A stretch of DNA of 41,204 nucleotides from Candidatus Staskawiczbacteria bacterium RIFCSPHIGHO2_01_FULL_39_25. GTDB lineage: Bacteria; Patescibacteriota; Minisyncoccia; Minisyncoccales; Staskawiczbacteraceae. Of the stretch, positions 26,794 to 35,897 are shown one piece after another; the first letter of the stretch is position 1, and every line of letters begins with the position of its first letter. Position numbers and translations under genes: made by a program. Where the stretch lies: NCBI GenBank assembly GCA_001820095.1, contig MHOO01000009.1, positions 1 to 41,204 on the forward strand, written 5' to 3'. The notes under the pieces are model-generated. The model ran no database searches, was not told where the DNA came from, and worked only from the letters and a program-made list of their open reading frames with translations.

Positions 26794-27198
26794 ATGGCAA
26801 AAAAAACAAAGTTAACCATAGAAAAACCCCCTATAGATACTACAGAAAATAAAAGCACCATCTTTAATGCGGAGGGTGAATTGGTAGTAGATGTTTTTGA
26901 AACAGATTTAGAGTTTGTCGTGATAACTGCTATTGCCGGGGTCATGATAAAAGACTTAGATATTTCAGTGGAAAAAGATATGATGGTCATAAAAGGGCAA
27001 AGACTGGATCCCTATGATAGTCCAGGGAAAAAATATTTTTACCAGGAATGCTATTGGGGGCCCTTTTCAAGAAAGGTGGTTCTCCCTGAAAATATAGATA
27101 CTAAGGCGGCAAACGCCCAAATGGATAAAGGAGTACTAGTAATCAAAATACCAAAAATAAGCGAAGAGAGTAAAAAAGAAGAAGTGGCATTATCTTAA
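26794..27198 (+). CDS. Hsp20/alpha-crystallin small heat shock protein
   Basis: VDVFET, ECYWGPFSRKVVLP, GVLVIKIPK. Confidence 0.92.
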   Translation: MAKKTKLTIEKPPIDTTENKSTIFNAEGELVVDVFETDLEFVVITAIAGVMIKDLDISVEKDMMVIKGQRLDPYDSPGKKYFYQECYWGPFSRKVVLPENIDTKAANAQMDKGVLVIKIPKISEESKKEEVALS

Positions 27199-27213
27199 AT
27201 AGCTATTAGCAAA

Positions 27214-27251
27214 CATAAAAGCGGCGCGATATATATCGTGCCGCTTTTATG
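27214..27251. terminator. Bidirectional terminator
   Basis: CATAAAAGCGGCGCGATA..TATCGTGCCGCTTTTATG. Confidence 0.75.
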
Positions 27252-27257
27252 TTGATG

Positions 27258-27341
27258 TGCCGAGGGAGGGAGTTGAACCCTCACATTCTTTCGAATACTA
27301 GCTCCTAAGGCTAGTGCGTCTGCCAATTTCGCCACCTCGGC
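27258..27341 (-). tRNA. tRNA-Leu(TAG)
   Basis: GCCGAGG/CCTCGGC acceptor, CTAGC-CTTAGGA-GCTAG, long variable arm. Confidence 0.94.
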
Positions 27342-27423
27342 ATATTTTTTTCCCTTATAGCATATAATAACAAAAAAGTCCCGCTCTGCGGGACATATAA
27401 TTCCATACCCAAAAATAAATATA

Positions 27424-27663
27424 CTAGACACCGAGAATCTCTCTCATGAGCTTCACTGCAGAAAAGGCTACAAACGCCACAATAATTCCAACTACCGCCC
27501 ATAATACCGCTTTCCTTGCCGTTGATATTTTACTGGGATCTCCTTGGGCAGTCACAAATAAAATTCCCGCATAGATAAACATTACTATTACAAGCCCTCC
27601 AAAAATAGGCCACAATACCATATCTAAAAACCTGTAAATAATTGCATTGATATCTATTGGCAT
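27424..27663 (-). CDS. TrbC/VirB2-like pilin 7 (no signal peptide evident)
   Basis: MFIYAG..FVTAQGDP.K...ARK...WA.VG. Confidence 0.8.
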   Translation of the reverse strand: MPIDINAIIYRFLDMVLWPIFGGLVIVMFIYAGILFVTAQGDPSKISTARKAVLWAVVGIIVAFVAFSAVKLMREILGV

Positions 27664-27672
27664 AATACTGCG

Positions 27673-28026
27673 TTATTGTTGACTCCAATAATTTGTTCCT
27701 GTAAGATTTTTCTCAATGATGTCTTGTATGGAGAATCCTAGTATTGCAACTGTTACTCCCACCATTCCCCATATTACCGCTTTTCGAGCGATACTAAGTT
27801 CAGCTGGGTTGCCCTGGGCGGTTAAAAATTTAAAACCGGCTATTATGAAAGCAACAATTGCAAAACCAATAAAAGCTTCCCATATGGGAAGCAATAGGTT
27901 ATATACTATCGCCCCGATACTGCTAATTCCGCCTTCTTTGGGAATAGCTGCCAAGGACAGCGCTGGCATCATTAGCAATAACATGCCTGCCATTGCAGTT
28001 AATTTTTTGGTTATTTTGCTTATCAT
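27673..28026 (-). CDS. TrbC/VirB2-like pilin 6
   Basis: Signal peptide; AGFKFLTAQGNP...ARKAVIWG. Confidence 0.8.
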   Translation of the reverse strand: MISKITKKLTAMAGMLLLMMPALSLAAIPKEGGISSIGAIVYNLLLPIWEAFIGFAIVAFIIAGFKFLTAQGNPAELSIARKAVIWGMVGVTVAILGFSIQDIIEKNLTGTNYWSQQ

Positions 28027-28062
28027 AAACAGATTGTATTCATTAACAAACAGTTGTAAATC

Positions 28063-28389
28063 TTATACGCCAAGTTGATTCCAAATGACAAAAGGAAGTG
28101 AGAATGCCAATACGCCCACTACCACACCAACTGATGCCCAAATAACAGCTTGACGTGCTTTTACTACTTTGCTTATTTCCCCTTGAGCGGTAAGGAATTC
28201 AAATCCGGCAACAATAAACATGATAATGGCAAATCCAATGAAAATGGGCCAGATAAGGTTAAGTACTGCCGTAACAATGGTCCATACGCTAAAATCAGGA
28301 TTAGAAGAAGGCAGGCGTAATTCGGCCATACTCATCAAGGGTAATACCATTAAGACAGTCAATGATGCTATCGCTATTTTTTTATTCAT
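28063..28389 (-). CDS. TrbC/VirB2-like pilin 5
   Basis: Signal peptide; WPIFIGFA..AGFEFLTAQGE. Confidence 0.82.
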   Translation of the reverse strand: MNKKIAIASLTVLMVLPLMSMAELRLPSSNPDFSVWTIVTAVLNLIWPIFIGFAIIMFIVAGFEFLTAQGEISKVVKARQAVIWASVGVVVGVLAFSLPFVIWNQLGV

Positions 28390-28446
28390 CTTTAAAAATT
28401 ATTCAACAAGTAATTGGATTTCTAAGATCCTCAACCTAAAAATAAA

Positions 28447-28779
28447 CTACGCATTCAATTGATTCCTGATGACGAACGGAATAGAGAATGCCAGCACGCC
28501 CACGGCCACGCCAACGGCTCCCCAGATAAGCGAGTTTCTTGCCTGCGTCACTTTTCCTGGCTCGCCCTGGGCAGTTAAAAACTGGAATCCGGCAACAATA
28601 AACATAATTACGGCAAACCCAATGAAGAATGGCCAGATAAAATTAAATATTGCGTTGAAAATACCCACGACATCAAGATTCGGATTGGTATCTGGAACTG
28701 GCCCAGGTTGAAAATCTGCCATACTCAACACAGGCAAGGCCATTAGGGTTAATGTTGCGATAGCTAATTTTTTGTTCAT
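28447..28779 (-). CDS. TrbC/VirB2-like pilin 4
   Basis: Signal peptide; AGFQFLTAQGEP.K...AR..LIWG. Confidence 0.82.
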   Translation of the reverse strand: MNKKLAIATLTLMALPVLSMADFQPGPVPDTNPNLDVVGIFNAIFNFIWPFFIGFAVIMFIVAGFQFLTAQGEPGKVTQARNSLIWGAVGVAVGVLAFSIPFVIRNQLNA

Positions 28780-28840
28780 TTTATAATAAGAGATTAATTT
28801 TTTGTATCGACTTTACTAAAAACTTTTCTAAAGAGTTTCA

Positions 28841-29179
28841 TTATAATCCGATGGCATTTCTGATGACAAACGGAATAGAGAACGCCAACACGCCTACGGC
28901 CACGCCAACGGCTCCCCAAATAATAGATTGTCGCGCGCCTGCCACTTTGGTTGGATCACCCTGGGCAGTTAAAAACTGGAATCCAGCGACTAGGAACATA
29001 ATTACGGCAAACCCAATAAAGATAGGCCAGATAAGATTTAATATGGCATTGATAAAGGTAACAATATCCAAATTTTGCGCTGATCCTGGCGTAGGTCCCG
29101 GGTCAATATCAGCCAAGCCAACTAACGGAGATGCCATAAGAAAAGCTAATGTAGATATAATTGCTAATTTTTTACTCAT
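28841..29179 (-). CDS. TrbC/VirB2-like pilin 3
   Basis: Signal peptide; AGFQFLTAQGDPTKVAGARQS. Confidence 0.82.
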   Translation of the reverse strand: MSKKLAIISTLAFLMASPLVGLADIDPGPTPGSAQNLDIVTFINAILNLIWPIFIGFAVIMFLVAGFQFLTAQGDPTKVAGARQSIIWGAVGVAVGVLAFSIPFVIRNAIGL

Positions 29180-29213
29180 AAAGGTAATAGATTAATTTTT
29201 ATAACAGGCTTGT

Positions 29214-29251
29214 AATCCAGCACTATTCATCATTATGAATAGTGCTGGATT
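29214..29251. repeat. 17-bp perfect inverted repeat between pilin genes
   Basis: AATCCAGCACTATTCAT-catt-ATGAATAGTGCTGGATT. Confidence 0.85.
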
Positions 29252-29274
29252 GAAATTTTAATGTAAACCTATTA

Positions 29275-29607
29275 TTACAATCCAATGGCATTCCTGATGA
29301 CAAATGGAATTGAGAATGCTATGACTCCTACGGCCACCCCTACAGCTCCCCAAATCAATGATTGTCGGGCCCCCGCTACTTTAGTTGGATCGCCCTGGGC
29401 AGTCAAAAACTGGAATCCGGCGACTAGGAACATAATTACGGCAAACCCAATAAAGATAGGCCAGATAAGGTTCAATACTTGGTTAATAAGAGTTACAATA
29501 TCCAGATTTGGAGACGATCCTGGGGTAGGTCCTGGGTCAATATCAGCCATGCTGGCCAAAGGCAAGGCCATTAGGGTTAATGTTGCTATAGCTAATTTTT
29601 TGTTCAT
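29275..29607 (-). CDS. TrbC/VirB2-like pilin 2
   Basis: Mature part nearly identical to 28841..29179. Confidence 0.82.
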   Translation of the reverse strand: MNKKLAIATLTLMALPLASMADIDPGPTPGSSPNLDIVTLINQVLNLIWPIFIGFAVIMFLVAGFQFLTAQGDPTKVAGARQSLIWGAVGVAVGVIAFSIPFVIRNAIGL

Positions 29608-29674
29608 TTTATGTTTCCGCCTTAGGTTATATACACTTAGCGGATGTTAACTATAATCGACCTTTTAAATTTCA

Positions 29675-30010
29675 TTATCCATTTCCACTAATAATATTGG
29701 TTACCAGTTCAATCAATCCGCTGCCTGCCAATCCAATTGCCAATCCTATGACAGCATACAGGGCAGCTTTTTTTGCTTTTTCAATTTGCCCGGGGTTTCC
29801 CGCGGAAGTTAAGAAAAGAATACCAGCCCATAAAAACATTACCACCGCTAATCCCGCAATTAATCCAAATATATATTCAGTAATATTCGCAATCAATTCT
29901 CCAAAACTATTCGCCCCTAATGGATTTGCAATAGAAATAACTTCAGCTGCTGCTACGCCCCCAAAGCCTAACAAAATAATCAGAGCGATTGAAAAGACAA
30001 AATTTTTCAT
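29675..30010 (-). CDS. TrbC/VirB2-like pilin 1
   Basis: NPLG..SF..LI; AG..FLTSAGNP..IEKAKK. Confidence 0.82.
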   Translation of the reverse strand: MKNFVFSIALIILLGFGGVAAAEVISIANPLGANSFGELIANITEYIFGLIAGLAVVMFLWAGILFLTSAGNPGQIEKAKKAALYAVIGLAIGLAGSGLIELVTNIISGNG

Positions 30011-30525
30011 TTAATGAATAGTAAGGCGTAATGATAATCTCCTGCGGCAAATTCTTTTTTTAATGAAAGGCCAAGCTCATCGGCTATTTTTTTCACCTCG
30101 GCTGGCGCTACCATGCCATTCTTCGGGCTAAAGGGAGAGCGCTTCAACCAATCTACTATTAAAAGCTGTCCCTGTGGTTTTAAAATTCTTTTCCCTTCAT
30201 TAATCATAGCATACTTGTTTTCAGCCTGAAAGAGTACATTGGGGATTAATACCAAATCTAAAGCATTATCGGGAAAGGTAGATCCCTTGGCAGCTTCTAA
30301 ATCACAAAGTATCGTTTGGATATTGCTGACATGTTCCTGCTTTGCTTTCCCCTGCAATGCGGAGAGCTTTTCTTCTTGGATATCCAAAGCATACACTTTT
30401 CCTTTGTTAAGCTTCTTTGCCAAGCTAAGGGTAAACACAGCTGAACCGCAACCAAACTCACAGGCTAACATCGTATCTTTCAGATCAAGATTAGCTAGGA
30501 CTTCATCTACTTTTAAAAAATCCAT
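30007..30525 (-). CDS. Class I SAM-dependent methyltransferase
   Basis: EFGCGSA motif I, VYALDI, LKP.G.LLIVDW. Confidence 0.88.
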   Translation of the reverse strand: MDFLKVDEVLANLDLKDTMLACEFGCGSAVFTLSLAKKLNKGKVYALDIQEEKLSALQGKAKQEHVSNIQTILCDLEAAKGSTFPDNALDLVLIPNVLFQAENKYAMINEGKRILKPQGQLLIVDWLKRSPFSPKNGMVAPAEVKKIADELGLSLKKEFAAGDYHYALLFIK

Positions 30526-30529
30526 GTAC

Positions 30530-30655
30530 TGGAATCTTGAATCTTGTATCTGGTAGCTTGAATTGAATTTTGAATTGAATTTGGAATATGAAGTTTTTTG
30601 AATTCAGCATTCCTTTATTCTATTCCAGATTCAAGATACGAGATTCTAGATTCAT
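30530..30655. repeat. Heptamer-armed intergenic element, copy B
   Basis: GAATCTTGTATCTGGTA..TTGAATTGAAT and TTCTATTCCAGATTCAAG shared with copy C. Confidence 0.75.
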
Positions 30656-30687
30656 TGCTCTATTATACCAAAATAAGTTCTCAAAAA

Positions 30688-33600
30688 CTACTCTTTCAAG
30701 CACGATCCCGACGCCACTTTATCCCCGCTATCCAACTTCATAATCCTTACCCCTTGGGTCGCCCTTCCCAATACCGATACCGATTTGGTAACAGTCCTTA
30801 TCACTTGGCCTTTTTGGGATATTACGATTAAGTCTTCATCATCAGTGGAATCATCTAAGATAAACGAAAGCACAATACCGCCGGTTTTAGAAGTAATGTT
30901 CGCCGTTTTTATCCCAGATCCCCCTCGGCCTTGCACCTTGTATTGGGAAACTTCCGTCCTCTTCCCATATCCATTCTCCATAACCACCAAAATGTACCTT
31001 TTCATCTTTTTATCATCTGGACCGATAACGGCTGAAATGACATCCATGCCAACTACTTCATCTCCTTTCTTCAGGCGTATGCCCTTAACTCCCGCAGCTC
31101 CCCTTCCCATAGGCCTGATGTCTTTTTCTTTAAACCGAATAGCAATTCCCTGCTTGGTGACTAGCATAATATCATCTTCCCCGGTGGTAGTAACTACCTT
31201 TTTCAGCAAATCGCCCTTTTCCAATTTTATGGCAATAATTCCGCTCTTTCTGACATTATCAAATTCATCCAAACTCGTTTTCTTGATCCGGCCATTTTTG
31301 GTAACCATGACTAAATACTTTTCCTGCCGCGCTCCGGAAGGCTGGGCCTTAGCCATTGGAACCAGTGACAGCACTTTTTCATTAGGTGAAATTTCCAAAA
31401 AGTTGGAAAGCCCGCGGCCCCGAGCTACCCTAGTCCCTTCTGGAATTTCATAGACCTGGGTTTGAAATACTTTTCCCGAATCAGTGAAAAAGAGCAAATT
31501 GTCATGGGTTGAGGCGCAAAGGAAATGCTCTACAATATCTTCCTGCATGGTTTTCATCCCCATAATGCCCTTGCCGCCCCGCTTTTGTATTTTATAGGTA
31601 CCCGGATTAATCCGTTTTATGTATCCGCCCGTAGTTAGGGTAACCATGGTATCTTCCAGGGGGACTAGGTCAATTTCGGTGATTTCTCCCAATTTCTGCT
31701 TTATCACTTTTGTCCTTCTCTTGTCGCCAAATTTTTCCTTTAATTCCTGCAGTTCTTTCTTGATAATAGCCTTAAGTTTTTCGGGACTTTTTAAAATAGC
31801 AGTCAACTCTTTAATTTTTTCAAGTATTTCTTTTAACTCATCTTCTATTTTCTTTCTTTCCAGCCCCGCCAATGTCTGAAGTTTCATTTCCAAAATGGCC
31901 ACGGCCTGCCGTTCGGTAAGCTTGAACTTCTTGATTAAGTTATTCTTGGCATCTTCCCGATCTTCTGATTTTTTAATGACAGCAATAACCGCATCAATGT
32001 TTTTAAGCGCGATCATCAAACCCTCCAGGATGTGGGCCCGTTCTTTGGCTTTTTCCAAGTCAAACTTGGTGCGTCGCGTTACCACTTCGGTGCGATGGGT
32101 AATAAAATATTTAAGCACATCTGAAATGGAAAGGATTTCCGGCTGGATGCCATCAACCAAAGCCAGCAAATTCAAATGGAAAGTTTTTTGCAGATTGGTA
32201 AATTTATACAGCCTATTAAGGACCCTTTGAGGTTCAAATCCCCGTTTAACATCAATGACAATGCTCATTCCCTGCCGATCTGACAAGTCTTTAATATCCC
32301 GTATGCCTTCAATTTTTTTCTCTGAAACCAGGTTTGCCATTTCTTCAACCAGCGTTGATTTTAGCACCTGATAGGGAATTTCAGTGATGATAATTTGTTC
32401 TGAACCGTCTTTTTTTTCTACCACTTCAGCCTTGCCCCGCATAATAATGGAACCCTTGCCCTGCGAATAAGCCGAAATAATCTCTTTTTGGTCATAAATA
32501 ACGCCGCCGGTGGGAAAATCAGGTCCTTGGATAAACTGGAATAAGTCGGGAGTTTCGGCCTTAGGGTGGTCTAATAAATGCACAATGGAATCTATTAACT
32601 CGGTTAAATTATGGGGCGGGATATTGGTTGCCATGCCCACGGCAATACCCAACGATCCATTCAAGAGCAGTTGGGGAAGAGGCGAAGGCAACACCGCCGG
32701 CTCTTGCCGAGTCCCATCGTAATTAGGAACAAAATTAACAGTGTTTTTATCAATGTCTCCTAGTAATGCTTCGCCTAGTCTTGACAATTTTACTTCTGTA
32801 TAGCGCGGAGCAGCAGCAGAATCTCCATCGACGCTACCAAAATTTCCTTGAGGGTTTACTAAGGGATATCTTAAGTTAAAATCTTGCGCCATTCTTACTA
32901 AAGAATCATAAATAGCCATATCCCCGTGCGGATGGTACTTCCCCATGCAGTTATGAGAAATTACTCCATTAGCAACAAATTCATGGTCGTTTTCCACTTC
33001 AAAATCAAATGTTTTTTGAGGTGCAACCTGCTCTACCAAAGAAACTTTTAAGAAATAGATATTATTTTTAATAACTTCCTCTAGGAATTCAAAACGGGAA
33101 GAGTCTATTTTTTCTAATTTATCTCTTATCCCCCATTCAATAACTTGGGTTTTCCTCAATGGTATTTCATGCAAATCCGAGCTATACCTGATCTTTGTTC
33201 CGTCGGGGTATTTTACTCCCATCCTGAATTTTTCTCCTTCTGCATCCTGATACCATCCTCCGCCCAAATGATGATTGCTTAATTCCCGGAATAAAATATT
33301 GCCTGCATATGGAATAATATCATACCTATTTGGCCCTTTTCTGTCGTAGCTTGTAAGTTTTTTTGATCCAAGTTTTATCGCTCTTTGCCCTTTGTTTTTT
33401 GAGGCTAAATCAAGTTGTGATGATAAAGCTATTGCATTCTCGCCCTTTAATTCTAAATAATATGGTAAGTGCTTTACCTTAATTTTTCTATCTGAAACAA
33501 AGCTGTCCTTGCCTAAAGTATTTATTTTATATTTACTGCTAAATATCTTTTGCGATAAAAGCAATACCATAAGTTGATCTATTAGCCTCTCTGAAATTGA

Positions 33601-34587
33601 AACATAGTTAACGCGATTTTGTTTGTGTGATACATATCCATCACCCTCAAAAAGGCCTGAAATAAAAGAGAATATGATTTCAGGTGGTGATTGGTAAATT
33701 GCATCGGGTATTTTTTTGGTTAAAGCTCCTGCTCCCCGGATATCAAAATTCTGAACAAAAAACTCATTAATGTATTTGCTATTGATTCTTACATTATAAA
33801 TTTTTTTACGGCTGATTCCATTAAAAATCCGCTCTTCAATAGAAGACTGATGGCCAAACTCTTCTTTTAAAATAGAAACTATTCTTTCTGCTATTTCTTT
33901 ATCGTTTCCAGCGGTAAAACCGATCCGTGCGGTTTTTTTCTTTGAATAATCTTCCGAAATCCATCCGTCGGAAACAAATAAACCTAAAAGATATGCAAGG
34001 TTTTTATTAAGATGGGTGGGCTGATTTTTTCCAGTTTGCTGTAATTTTACTTGATCACTAATCTTAGGGTAATCAGATTTTATTATTAAATAATCTTGGC
34101 TGGTCAAGTCCTTGGCCTCTTTCCATTCAAACTTCCAATCCGGAGTAAGAATTTTGAATTTTTGGGAAAGCGTAACCACATTTGAAAGACCGTTATCTAA
34201 AACTATTTTTAGTAAAGGTTTTTCGGGCATTTCATACGTTTGAACAACTTTTTGCATGCCTTTCTGGGTATATACTCGATCTCCGATCTTCACATCTTGA
34301 ATAGGAACCAATCCTTTCCTGGATAATATCAAAGTATCTTTTACAAAGCATTCTCCCACCACAGTTGCCGATTTTCTAAATTTTGCCGAAGCACCCAATC
34401 CCATTTCATTCATCGTATACAAAATTTTCCGGTGCACCGGCTTTAAGCCGTCCCGCACGTCAGGAAGCGCACGAGCAACAATCACCGACATTGCGTAATC
34501 AATGTATGATTCTTTCAGCTCGTCAACAATCTCCCGTTTGTTGATTTTCCCTATGTTTGAAATTTCTTCTTTTTGTTTTTCAGCCAT
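30688..34587 (-). CDS. gyrA: DNA gyrase subunit A with intein
   Basis: RALPDVRDGLKPVHR, GKYHPHGD, AAPRYTE, GyrA-box QKRGGKG. Confidence 0.97.
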   Translation of the reverse strand: MAEKQKEEISNIGKINKREIVDELKESYIDYAMSVIVARALPDVRDGLKPVHRKILYTMNEMGLGASAKFRKSATVVGECFVKDTLILSRKGLVPIQDVKIGDRVYTQKGMQKVVQTYEMPEKPLLKIVLDNGLSNVVTLSQKFKILTPDWKFEWKEAKDLTSQDYLIIKSDYPKISDQVKLQQTGKNQPTHLNKNLAYLLGLFVSDGWISEDYSKKKTARIGFTAGNDKEIAERIVSILKEEFGHQSSIEERIFNGISRKKIYNVRINSKYINEFFVQNFDIRGAGALTKKIPDAIYQSPPEIIFSFISGLFEGDGYVSHKQNRVNYVSISERLIDQLMVLLLSQKIFSSKYKINTLGKDSFVSDRKIKVKHLPYYLELKGENAIALSSQLDLASKNKGQRAIKLGSKKLTSYDRKGPNRYDIIPYAGNILFRELSNHHLGGGWYQDAEGEKFRMGVKYPDGTKIRYSSDLHEIPLRKTQVIEWGIRDKLEKIDSSRFEFLEEVIKNNIYFLKVSLVEQVAPQKTFDFEVENDHEFVANGVISHNCMGKYHPHGDMAIYDSLVRMAQDFNLRYPLVNPQGNFGSVDGDSAAAPRYTEVKLSRLGEALLGDIDKNTVNFVPNYDGTRQEPAVLPSPLPQLLLNGSLGIAVGMATNIPPHNLTELIDSIVHLLDHPKAETPDLFQFIQGPDFPTGGVIYDQKEIISAYSQGKGSIIMRGKAEVVEKKDGSEQIIITEIPYQVLKSTLVEEMANLVSEKKIEGIRDIKDLSDRQGMSIVIDVKRGFEPQRVLNRLYKFTNLQKTFHLNLLALVDGIQPEILSISDVLKYFITHRTEVVTRRTKFDLEKAKERAHILEGLMIALKNIDAVIAVIKKSEDREDAKNNLIKKFKLTERQAVAILEMKLQTLAGLERKKIEDELKEILEKIKELTAILKSPEKLKAIIKKELQELKEKFGDKRRTKVIKQKLGEITEIDLVPLEDTMVTLTTGGYIKRINPGTYKIQKRGGKGIMGMKTMQEDIVEHFLCASTHDNLLFFTDSGKVFQTQVYEIPEGTRVARGRGLSNFLEISPNEKVLSLVPMAKAQPSGARQEKYLVMVTKNGRIKKTSLDEFDNVRKSGIIAIKLEKGDLLKKVVTTTGEDDIMLVTKQGIAIRFKEKDIRPMGRGAAGVKGIRLKKGDEVVGMDVISAVIGPDDKKMKRYILVVMENGYGKRTEVSQYKVQGRGGSGIKTANITSKTGGIVLSFILDDSTDDEDLIVISQKGQVIRTVTKSVSVLGRATQGVRIMKLDSGDKVASGSCLKE
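32950..34350 (-). mobile_element. 467-aa intein with LAGLIDADG homing endonuclease
   Basis: Starts CFVKDT, ends FDFEV...HEFVANGVISHN, +1 residue Cys; LLGLFVSDG and FISGLFEGDG motifs. Confidence 0.93.
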
Positions 34588-34593
34588 AAATTA

Positions 34594-34950
34594 TTAAGGC
34601 TCTAATTCTAAATCTTCTGCTTCCGGTTCAATATCCGGATTTTCATTTTGCAATATGCCTGCGTCGCCTTCAGAAACGGTTGAAGTAGAATCGCCTGGCT
34701 CATTAAAAGGTATATTAGGAAGATTAAGCGTGTTGCCTTCTGGCATATTTAACTGCGGAATGGTTATTGATTTTGCAGACTCTTTTATCTTGGCAAGGTT
34801 GTCTTGGGTTAACTTAATTTCCAATAACAGCATAATTAGCGCTGAAATGATGATAACCGTAAAAAAAATAATCTTCTTTTTGTGTTCTGGAAGCGCCTGC
34901 AAATGGGCAATATACTCTTTTACCTCTTTAATTTTTTCAGAAAAATCCAT
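34594..34950 (-). CDS. Hypothetical single-TM protein
   Basis: In operon between MBL hydrolase and gyrA; one hydrophobic segment. Confidence 0.7.
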   Translation of the reverse strand: MDFSEKIKEVKEYIAHLQALPEHKKKIIFFTVIIISALIMLLLEIKLTQDNLAKIKESAKSITIPQLNMPEGNTLNLPNIPFNEPGDSTSTVSEGDAGILQNENPDIEPEAEDLELEP

Positions 34951-34962
34951 GCAAATGCAAAT

Positions 34963-35622
34963 TTATGGTTTTAGAACTACGATTTCCATTTCTCCTTCCT
35001 TGGGCAGCGTACTTGTTTTTACCGTTAATTTATCCTGCGGCTCAACGGCATTTTTGCCCATGGCTTTCAAAAATTTCCCTACGTCATCTAACTTAACCTT
35101 TAATTTCGGTAGTTCGTAGTGCATGGGAATGACCATTTTAGGCTCTACCTGGCCTATGATTTTTTGGGCCTGCGAAGAATCAATGGTAAACTCTCCCCCC
35201 ACTGGAATCATCAGCACATCAACAATGCCTATTTTTTCCAATTGTTCATCGGTCAATTCTTTCTGCCCTAAGTCGCCCAAGTGGCACAGCCTAATGCCTT
35301 CTGATTCAATCATATAAATGGTATTCATTCCCCGTTCTTTCCCTTCGGCGCCATCATGAAAAGAAAAAATTCCCTGTACAAAAACTCCCTTTATCTCGTA
35401 TTCACCGGGACCATCTATTACAAAGGGGCTTCCTTTTACGGCCCTTACATTATCGTGGTCGTAATGGTGATGAGTGATCAGCAAAATGTCGGCCTCAAAA
35501 TTGGGGACTTTCAATCCTATTTTTTCATCAAACGGGTCAATGACAACATTCGCCTGGCTGTCTTTTGCGTTAGAAACCGAAATTTGAAAGCAGGATTGCC
35601 CTGCCCAAGTAAGTTTAGCCAT
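34963..35622 (-). CDS. MBL-fold metallo-hydrolase
   Basis: ITHHHYDHD, GPGEYE, HLGDLG, IPVGG, IPMHY. Confidence 0.9.
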   Translation of the reverse strand: MAKLTWAGQSCFQISVSNAKDSQANVVIDPFDEKIGLKVPNFEADILLITHHHYDHDNVRAVKGSPFVIDGPGEYEIKGVFVQGIFSFHDGAEGKERGMNTIYMIESEGIRLCHLGDLGQKELTDEQLEKIGIVDVLMIPVGGEFTIDSSQAQKIIGQVEPKMVIPMHYELPKLKVKLDDVGKFLKAMGKNAVEPQDKLTVKTSTLPKEGEMEIVVLKP

Positions 35623-35627
35623 AAACT

Positions 35628-35738
35628 TAGAATATAGAATCTTGTATCTGGTATCTTGAATTGAATGTTGAATTTAGAATTCTTTATTCAGTATTCAGTA
35701 TTCTATTCCAGATTCAAGCTTCAAGATACAAAATTCAA
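35628..35738. repeat. Heptamer-armed intergenic element, copy C
   Basis: TAGAATATAGAATCT shared with copy A; 28-nt exact match to 25989-26016. Confidence 0.75.
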
Positions 35739-35897
35739 ATTTTTAATTATTTTATCACACCTGATTTTTAGTTTCAACTCTGCGGGGGTGATACAACTAT
35801 TGCGGAATTATAAAAATTAAGGTAGCATGGCAGGTATTACTATTAACAAGCCAGCTGGAAAAATACACAAATTTTTCGCCTGGTTAAAACATATATT

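Noticed and set aside
27716-30014. Plus-strand ORFs over the pilin array
   Set aside because: Antisense shadows of hydrophobic pilin codons.
16678-35738. CRISPR array from the periodic repeats
   Set aside because: Units are degenerate 7-mers with no unique spacers, and no cas genes are present.
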